A stretch of DNA of 26,611 bases from positions 5,269,047-5,295,657 of the forward strand of contig NC_057759.1 of NCBI RefSeq assembly GCF_004010195.1. Reading direction: 5' to 3'. The DNA comes from Chiloscyllium plagiosum. Taxonomy: Eukaryota. This document shows positions 19,450 to 26,611 of this stretch, one piece after another. Numbering within the stretch: position 1 is the stretch's first letter; every line of letters starts with the position of its first letter. The notes under the pieces were generated by a model. That model was not told the origin of the DNA, did no database searches, and saw only the letters and a list, made by a program, of their open reading frames with translations. The translations under genes and the position numbers were made by a program.

Positions 19450-20967
19450 CATAATTCTGTTCAACTTTGGCAGCAGTATGGATTCTTTATCTCATCAGTA
19501 ACCCCTATCCTTAATGTTACCTATGATGCTAATCGCCTCATTGCAATTCAATTTCCCTGTCAATTGGCAATTATCAAATGTTCTGCTCACTCCTCTGATG
19601 CTTCCGATGTCACTAAAGGCAACAACGCTGCTGACGCAGCTGCTAAGAAAGCAGCTCTTGAGCAAAAAGACATGGATACTAAAATGACGAATAGGAAACC
19701 AAAGAGAGACTCTCCTACTGCCTCTTCTGACACCCCGACCATGCCTGATCTAAAGCAAACAGGGGGATGCTTCTGATGAGAAAAGATAAAGATGGATGAA
19801 TCATGGTTATTATCTGAATAGTTATCATAAGCGTTCGGTTACGCCAGTTGGACAGACACATCTGCCTGACTCACTTTTGCCTATTCTAGTTGATTATGTT
19901 CATACGCACACACGTGTATGTATGGAGGGAATGGTGGATAGAATTCTCCAATCTTGGTGGAATTCCAACCTGCAAGAAAAAGCAGAACAAGCAGCTGCAA
20001 ATTGCCTAATTCGTCAATAGTATAATCCCGGGAAAGGAATAAAGTGTCCACCAGGTGAAACTCCTTTGCCAAGTGCACCTTTTGATACTATCCAGTTAGA
20101 TTTTATAGTTACCTAGATGCCATGATTATAAGTATTGCTTAGTGATAATCGATCTATTTAGTAATGGATTGAAGCTTATCCCTGTACTGACTGCACAGCA
20201 ACATACTACTTGTAAAATTCTGTTTAGGAAAATCATACCCAGATTTGGAATACCAGTAACTGTCTCTTCTGATAATGGCCCCCACTTCTGTGTGGAGCTA
20301 AACAAGGAACTATGTAAGAGCTTGAATATGACTCAAAACTTCCATTGTGACAACCATCCCCAAGCAGTGAGAATTGTAGAAAGAGCCAATGGTACCCTAA
20401 AAGGTCAGCTAAGCAAATTGGTAGAAGAAACAGGCCTTAATTGGCTGCAAGTATTCCCAATCGCCCTTTTTAATATGAGAACCAGGACACAGAAAAAGAC
20501 AGGATTCTCGGTGGTTGAACTAATACATGGAAAGCCCCTGAGGACTCCCTGGTTTGTACCATTAACTGCCCAACACCTTGTTGAGGTACATTTCATGGCA
20601 GAAGAGATGCACAGGTACCTTTTTAAGCTAACCAAAGCACTATGGTCTTAGAACAAAAAAAAAGAAAATTTACAGCCCAGGAACAGGCCCTTCGGCCCTC
20701 CAGGCCTGGGCCGATCCAAATGTACTGTCTTATCCTCAACAAGTCAAATAAACCTAACAGATACCAAGGAAGGAAGAAGAAAGAGCTCCAACGTTTAAAG
20801 ACACTGAGCCTGGTGACTACATTCTATTAAAGACTTTATGCGTGGAAATTTGGGACCCCCGGAAAGGTCCTTATCAAGTTCTTCTGACAACTGAAACTGC
20901 AGTAAGGGTAGAAGGATGCTCAACATGGGTCTAAAAAGGACATTGCAAGCTTGTAGCCCCCTCGTAG
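19450..20967 (+). pseudogene. pol: Endogenous retrovirus pol 3' part (RNase H + integrase), class I, epsilon-like
   Basis: LWQQYGF..AIIKCSAH..KGNNAADAAAKKAA (RNase H); CLIRQ zinc-finger remnant; PFDTIQLDFI, IDLFS, IPRFGIP..SDNGPHF, HPQAVRIVERANG (DDE core); PGDY..GPYQVLLTTETAVRVEG..WV..HCK (GPY/F C-terminus); frameshifts and stops. Confidence 0.93.
20651..20726 (-). mobile_element. 76-bp CR1 3'-tail insertion in ERV integrase with 6-bp TSD
   Basis: TSD GTCTTA at 20645-20650 and 20727-20732; removal restores KALWSYPQQVK; same tail family as ~23931-24006. Confidence 0.9.
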
Positions 20968-21570
20968 TTCTAGTGTTAGTACTGATACAGGCATCCGATG
21001 AAAGTACATGCGTCCAAGTGTAACCAACCCATCTGTGATATCTCAGACCAGCTAAAACTCCAATGTGACTGTATAAATGAAACCTGTACTAATACCATTG
21101 GAAGTTATGAATGCAGTTGCCCAGCTGAAACTCATTTAAATTACTCACATTGCATATTCAAACATCACTCTCGACCTTATTGTCATCCTTGCAACACTTC
21201 TATGCCAGTCAACATGAGATAGCACAATTCCATAACCTCGTCCATTCCGTCAACTGAAAATTGCTACCTTGAGATGCTTGTCTGTTCCCTTTTCAAAATG
21301 AACCATACAGACTGCAGTATTTAACACATAGTACAGAAATCACCAAACCCTAAGGCATCTATTGCCATGAGACTGACCACTTATACCTTCTTCATGGAAC
21401 CTACCGCCACTGACAGAAATACCTTTACACGTTTCCTGGATTCAGAAGCTACAGTAATTAAGACAAGCTGGAAAGCTGAAGAAAGATCAAAAATACTATG
21501 CACTCCCAATCCTCCTGTTACTAATGGTTTCTTTATTCAAGCTAAACCCCCTGAACTATGCTCACTCTTC
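20916..21570 (+). pseudogene. env: Env-position glycoprotein N-terminus: signal peptide + EGF-like domain + Cys-containing ectodomain, 3' truncated
   Basis: ATG at 20916/20925 overlapping the IN end: MLNMGLKRTLQACSPLVVLVLVLIQASDESTC; one frameshift ~21010-21019 into a frame running to 21570 with two stops (21220, 21322); four N-glycosylation sequons; TM subunit absent, so env identity is positional. Confidence 0.7.
21034..21153 (+). other. EGF-like domain (calcium-binding/Asx-hydroxylation type) coding segment
   Basis: CDISDQLKLQCDCINETCTNTIGSYECSCPAETHLNYSHC; 21085-21120 exactly fits C-x-[DN]-x4-[FY]-x-C-x-C. Confidence 0.8.
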
Positions 21571-21668
21571 AGGAATCCTGAGGAAGGGCTTATGCCCAAA
21601 ACGTCGATTCTCCTGTTCCCTGGATGCTGCCTGACCTGCTGCGCTGTTCCAGCAACACATTTTCAGCT
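21571..21668 (+). mobile_element. Short PLE terminal fragment (related to the terminal part of the 6745-7437 PLE)
   Basis: cctgaggaagggcttatgcccaaaacgtcgattctcctg..ggatgctgcctgacctgctgcgctgttccagca aligns with the reverse complement of ~6798-6880. Confidence 0.85.
21573..21610 (+). ncRNA. Minimal hammerhead ribozyme motif (G12 to A)
   Basis: GAATC-CTGAGGA-A-GGGC-TTAT-GCCC-AAAAC-GTC-GATTC: perfect 5-bp helix I and 4-bp helix II. Confidence 0.75.
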
Positions 21669-21669
21669 A

Positions 21670-24006
21670 TAAAGATATCTGTCAGGGCCCCAGCTCTTTC
21701 CTCTCTTTCCTCCCCGAGCAACCTGGGATAAATCCCATTCGGTTCTGGGGATTTGTCCACCATAATAACCTCTAGCCTATCCAACATATCTTCCCTACTT
21801 ACGTCAACATGATCCAGAGTAATAAAGCTTCTACCTCTAATCTCAATAGTCATCATGTTCCTCTCCTCCGTGAACACTGATGCAAAGTAATAATTCAGAA
21901 TCACACCCATTTTCTCAGGTTTGACACACGGCCTTCCTTCCTTATCCTTTAGTGAACCAATCCTTTCTATAGTTACCCGCCTGCTTCTTAAGAATGAAAT
22001 GCTTTGGGATTCTCCATAATACTGCTTGCTGAAGCTATTCCATGACCCCTTTTAGCCTGCTTGATTCATCGTTTAAGACTGGTCCTACTCTCCCAATATT
22101 CCTCCAGGGCCCATTCTGTTCTTAGCTGCCTGGACCTCTTGTACACTTCCCTTTTCCTCTTGGCTAGTCGTACGATTTTTTCTGTCATCCACAGTTCATG
22201 ATTCTTGCCTTTTCTATCCCTTGTTTTCAATGGGACATGCCTATCCTGCACTATCTTCAACCTATCTTTGAAAGCCTCCCACATATCAAATGTGGACATC
22301 TCTTCAAATAGCTGTGTCCAATCCCCATTTCACAGCTCCTGCCTAATTTTGATATAATTGGCCTTGGCCCAATTTAGTACACTTCCCTTCGGACCACTCT
22401 CATCTTTGTCAAAGAGTATTCTAAAACTTACAGAATTGTGGTCACTGTTCCCAAAGGAATTCCCCACCGCAACTTCTACCACCTGACCTGGCTCATTCCC
22501 CAACACCAGGACCAATATGGCTCCTTCCCTTGTCGGACTATTGACATACTGCTCTAGAAAACTCTCCTGGACACTTCTTAAAAATTCTGCCCCATCCAGA
22601 TCTTGGACACTAAGTGTATCCCAGTCAATGTTGGGAAAATTAAACACAGGTGAGGCGCCGGAGGAATGCAGGGTTGCTAATGTTGTCCCCCTGTACAAGA
22701 AGGGTATTAGGGGTATTCCGGGTAACTACAGACCAGTGAGCCTGATGTCAATGGTGGAAAAGTTGCTGGAGAAGGTACTGAAGAATAAAATCTATTTATA
22801 TTTCAAAAAGAATGGGCTTATTGGTGATAGGCAACCTGCCTTTGTGTGGGGAAATCATGCCTTACCAACTTAATAGAGTTCTTTAAAGGAAGTGACCAAG
22901 TTGTTCGATAAAGGAAGGGCTGCGCATGTCATACACATGGACTTTAGTAAGGCATTTGATAAGGTCCCCCATGGTAAACTAATGGAGAAAATGAAGTCAC
23001 ATGGTATGCAGGGTGTTCTAGCTAGGTGGATAAAGAACTGGTTGAGCAACAGGAAACAGAGAGTAGTAGCTGAAGTGAGTTTCTCGAAAAGGAGAAAGGT
23101 GACTGGTGGTATTCCACAGGGATCAGTGCTGGGGCCATTGTTGGTATGATCAGCAAGTTTTCAGATGACATGAAGATTGGTGGAGTAGCAGAAAGCATAG
23201 GGGACTGTCAAAGAATACAGGAGAATATAGATAGACTGGAGAGTTGGGTGGAGAACTGGCAGATGGAGTTCAAACCAGGCAAATGTGAGGTGATGCATTT
23301 TAGGAAGTCTAATTCTAGAGCAAATTATACAGTAATTGGAAGAGCCTTGGCAAAAAATGATGAGCAGAGAGATCTGGGAGTTCATGTCCATTGTACGCTG
23401 AATTTTGCTGCACAGGTGGTCAAGAAGGCATATGGTATGCTTGCCTTCATCATACAGCGTACTGCGTATGAGTTGGCAGGTCATGTTAAAATTCTACAAG
23501 ACATTGTTTCAGCCACATTTAGAATACTGTGTCCAGTTCTGGTCGCCACATTACCAAAAGGGTGCAGAGAATGTTTACGAGGATGTCGCCTGGTATGGAA
23601 AGTGTGAGCTATGAAAAGGAGTTGAGTAGGTTAGGATTGTTTTCATTTGAAGGTAGGAGATTGAGGTCTACAAAATCAAGAAGGGTATAGGCAGGGTAGA
23701 TAGAGATAAGCTTTTTCACAGGGTGACGCATTCAAGGTGAGAGGTGAAAAGTTTAAGGGGGATATACATGACAATTACTCTTCACAGAGGGTGGTAAGTG
23801 CCTGAAACGCATTGCGAGCAGAGGTAGTAGAGGCAGGCAGGCAAATTCATTTAAGATGGCTCTGGACAGATGCATGAGTAGGTGGGGAGCAGAGGGACAC
23901 AGATGCTTAGGAATTGGGCGACAGATTTAGACAGTGGATTTCAATCCATTCAGGCCTGGAGTGCCAAAGGGCCTGTTCTTGGGCTATAAATTTTCTTTAT
24001 TCTTTA
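21670..24006 (+). mobile_element. CR1 LINE with inverted 5' segment (21670-22644 minus, 22640-24006 plus)
   Basis: Minus part runs FNFPNIDW..GNSDHN..AGALTDIF; plus part starts LNTGEAPEE and runs through RT (FSDD) to the tail. Confidence 0.92.
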
Positions 24007-24225
24007 TTACATTTGCCTTCCTAACCGCCAACTAAATCTGCCTGATAACCTGAAGAGAATCCTGAACTCGGACTCCCAAGTCCCTTTGTGCTTCAGATTC
24101 CCGAAACCTTTCCCCATTTTAGGAAACAGCCTCTGCCTCTATTTTTCTAATCCCAATGCATACCCTCCCACACTATCATCCATCTGTCAACCGAAACCTT
24201 AACAGGATCCTGAACTCGGACTCAT
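24007..24225 (-). mobile_element. Short rearranged CR1 ORF2 fragment
   Basis: Reverse complement resembles the CEV.HW..KN..E.QRDLGV..RKANV region of ORF2; internal duplications. Confidence 0.6.
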
Positions 24226-24750
24226 CCCTGTGGGATATAGGTAAAGTAGTGTTACTTCTGCTATCACAACTACTTATGCAACGTAAATGAACTCGCACCA
24301 GTGTATAATTGTTTCAACCAAGAGCTGAGTCAACAAGAATGAAAACTATGTGAAGGAAATACATAATCGTTTTTGTATTAGCTAAAATGTGCATACAAGA
24401 ATGAAACGTGCCTGCAAATAGATGGTAGATGTTATGGACAAATAGATAAGGTGCTGTGAGGGGAGGGGGTTAAGCTAGATATGCCTGCACAAACAGTAGC
24501 TATAAGCATCTATTTCCCACTTCTGCAAAAACAAGAACAAACCACAATCAAGAAGTCATGAGGTCATAAGATCAAAACAAGGAAGGGAAATAGATGGTAG
24601 TGAAGGAGGATATACCTAACAATGGACCACAGCAGGATGTGGTCAAAAGGCCTTGTGAGGCCAGAAAAAAGCATTTTGTCACAGACAAGGCCGGATAAGG
24701 CAAGAGGTAAACAGGAGTAATGGGCCCAGATCTTAGAGAAGTGGAAGATG

Positions 24751-25136
24751 AGTGGGAGCAGCGGCCGAGTTGAGGTGAACCCGGGAGACTACAGCTAAGG
24801 TAAGAGTTTTTTTCAAAATTACTTACCTGTAGCGGGCATCGGTGTTTTGTTTTCTCTCTCCTTCACAGAAAGAGCGGGAGCAGCAGAGGAAGTGACGGCA
24901 AGCAGAGGGGCAGCCGGGAAGGAGAACTGTGAGTATAGATACTCACTGTTTCACCACCAACGGTCATTTCAGTGGGAGCAGCGGCCGAGTTGAGGTGAAC
25001 CCGGGAGACTACAGCTAAGGTAAGAGCTTTTTTCAAAATTACTTCCCTGTAGCGGGCATCGGTGTTTTGTTTTCTCTCTCCTTCACAGAAAGAGCGGGAG
25101 CAGCAGAGGAAGTGACGGCAAGCAGGGGGCAGCCGG
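24751..25136 (+). repeat. Tandem 220-bp 5'UTR monomers (1 full + ~0.75)
   Basis: agtgggagcagcggccgagttgagg starts at 24751 and 24971; near-identical over ~166 bp. Confidence 0.95.
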
Positions 25137-25352
25137 AGACCCGGAAGCAGTTAGTGTAAGCTTAGCTGGGTCAGTTTTTTTCCCCTTTAAAAGCGTGAAG
25201 GAGAGAAACCCGAGGCACTACACGGGTAGTGCCTCCCACCCGCCCTCCTCCTCTAACCTAATAATAACATCTATTGTGGCAAGCAGGTAAGTGCTGAATT
25301 TTGCTTGTATTATTTAGACACAGTTTTTGTTTAAACAGTTAGCTTTAGAGGG

Positions 25353-26279
25353 ATGGCAGTGAAGGCAGTGCAATGTTCCTCCTGCAACATGTATGAGGTG
25401 AGGGATGCCATCGACGTCCCTGCCGATTACACTTGCAGGAAGTGCACCCACCTCCAGCTCCTCCAAGACCGTGTTAGGGAACTGGAGCTGGAGTTGGATG
25501 AACTTCGGATCATTCGGGAGGCAGAGGGGGTCATAGATCAGAGTTATAGGGAAGTAGTAACCCCAAAGATGGCAGATAGATGGGTTACAGTGAGGGGGAC
25601 TGGGAGGAAACAGCCAGTGCAGGGACCTCCTGCGGCCATTCCCCTCAAGAACAAGTATACCGTTTTGGATACTTGTGGGGGGGATGACTTACCAGGGGTA
25701 AGTAACGGGGCTCAGGGCTCTGGCCCGGAGCCTGCCCCCGTTACTCAGAAGGGAAGGGTGAAGAAGAGCAGAGCAGTAGTAATTGGGGACTCGATAGTTA
25801 GGGGCACAGATAGGCGGTTTTGTGGGAACGAGAGAGACTCACGTTTGGTATGTTGCCTCCCAGGTGCAAGGGTACGTGATGTCTCTGATCGTGTTTCCCG
25901 GGTCCTGGAGGGGGAGGGGGACCAGCCCGAAGTCGTGGTCCATATTGGCACCAACGACATAGGTAGGAGGAGTGCCGAGGATGTTAGACAGGCTTTCAGG
26001 GAGCTAGGTTGGAAGCTCAGAGTTAGAACGAACAGAGTTGGTGTCTCTGGTTTGTTACCCGTGCCACGTGATAGAGATTCGAGGAATAGGGAAAGAGAAC
26101 ACTTAAATGCGTGGCTACAGGGATGGTGCAGGAGGGAGGGATTCCGGTTTTTGGATAACTGGGGTTCCTTCTGGGAACGGTGGGACCTCTACAAACAGGA
26201 TGGTCTACACCTGAACCTGAGGGGCACCAGTATCCTTAGTGGGAGGTTTGCTAGTGCTCTTGGGGGAGGTTTAAACTAA
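25353..26279 (+). CDS. CR1 ORF1p, 308 aa: N-terminal zinc finger, coiled coil, SGNH/GDSL esterase domain
   Basis: CSSC..CRKC; LQDRVRELELELDEL; SGNH blocks IGDS, PGA, HIGTND, DGLH; uninterrupted. Confidence 0.95.
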   Translation: MAVKAVQCSSCNMYEVRDAIDVPADYTCRKCTHLQLLQDRVRELELELDELRIIREAEGVIDQSYREVVTPKMADRWVTVRGTGRKQPVQGPPAAIPLKNKYTVLDTCGGDDLPGVSNGAQGSGPEPAPVTQKGRVKKSRAVVIGDSIVRGTDRRFCGNERDSRLVCCLPGARVRDVSDRVSRVLEGEGDQPEVVVHIGTNDIGRRSAEDVRQAFRELGWKLRVRTNRVGVSGLLPVPRDRDSRNREREHLNAWLQGWCRREGFRFLDNWGSFWERWDLYKQDGLHLNLRGTSILSGRFASALGGGLN

Positions 26280-26350
26280 CTCTGCAGGGGCATGGGAACC
26301 CAGACTGTAGCTTTAGGGTGCAGGACCTAGAATGTAGGGAGGTTAGGAAC

Positions 26351-26611
26351 ATGGCATCAATGTCCAAGGAGGGTGCCTGTAAACAGGAAAGTGGCTTGAA
26401 GTGTGTATACTTCAATGCAAGAAGTATACGAAATAAGCTCGGTGAACTTGCAGCGTGGGTTGGTACCTGGGACTTCAATGTTGTGGCTATTACGGAGACA
26501 TGGCTAGAACAGGGACAGGATTGGCTGTGGCAGGTTCCAGGATTTAAATGTTGTGGGGGGGGCGGAGGTGGGGGTAAAAGAGGGGGAGGTATGGCATTGC
26601 TTGTCAAAGAT
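26351..26611 (+). CDS. CR1 ORF2p N-terminus (APE endonuclease), partial; frame open from 26255
   Basis: LKCVYFNARSIRNK..VVAITETWL..KRGGGMALLVK; no stop to the window end; -1 frame relative to ORF1. Confidence 0.92.
   Translation, partial: MASMSKEGACKQESGLKCVYFNARSIRNKLGELAAWVGTWDFNVVAITETWLEQGQDWLWQVPGFKCCGGGGGGGKRGGGMALLVKD

Larger units (their letters stand above)
24751..26611 (+). mobile_element. Young, apparently 5'-complete CR1 LINE (continues beyond the window)
   Basis: CpG-retaining 5'UTR with tandem monomers, intact ORF1, open ORF2 start. Confidence 0.95.

Noticed and set aside
21666..23990. GCTATAAA at both ends of the inverted CR1 as a TSD
   Set aside because: The right copy lies inside the CR1 tail itself (cf. 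~20670), not outside the element
25353..26279. ORF as a host or bacterial GDSL lipase gene
   Set aside because: SGNH esterase ORF1p is an established CR1-clade feature and is followed directly by ORF2 endonuclease
1..26611. Prokaryotic systems (CRISPR, retron, operons)
   Set aside because: No repeat-spacer arrays or bacterial gene density; all RT sequences are vertebrate retroelements

Overview
Vertebrate genomic DNA, almost certainly elasmobranch (shark-type CR1 LINE tails, an HE1/V-SINE-type SINE, shark-type Penelope termini; the taxon is inferred), and almost entirely nested retroelements. It holds more than a dozen CR1 LINE fragments and one young CR1 with intact ORF1 (zinc finger, coiled coil, SGNH esterase) plus the start of ORF2. 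It also holds a decayed Gypsy LTR element with 5' LTR and PBS, three Penelope-like insertions carrying four minimal hammerhead ribozyme motifs, a probable solo LTR, and a class I (epsilon/gamma-like) endogenous retrovirus fragment (RNase H-integrase-env). Most striking: the env-position ORF of the ERV starts with a signal peptide overlapping the end of integrase, then encodes an EGF-like module with an exact Asx-hydroxylation consensus (CTNTIGSYECSC), suggesting a host EGF domain captured at the envelope N-terminus. Also seen: a likely host start-codon exon encoding a signal peptide (minus strand, 2720-2858), a CR1 5' inversion with twin-priming geometry, a U_UUA_AAC -1 frameshift signal between CR1 ORF1 and ORF2, and 220-bp 5'UTR monomers with splice signals. 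Repeat boundaries are approximate unless a target-site duplication (TSD) is given. Most short ORFs in the supplied track are repeat debris.
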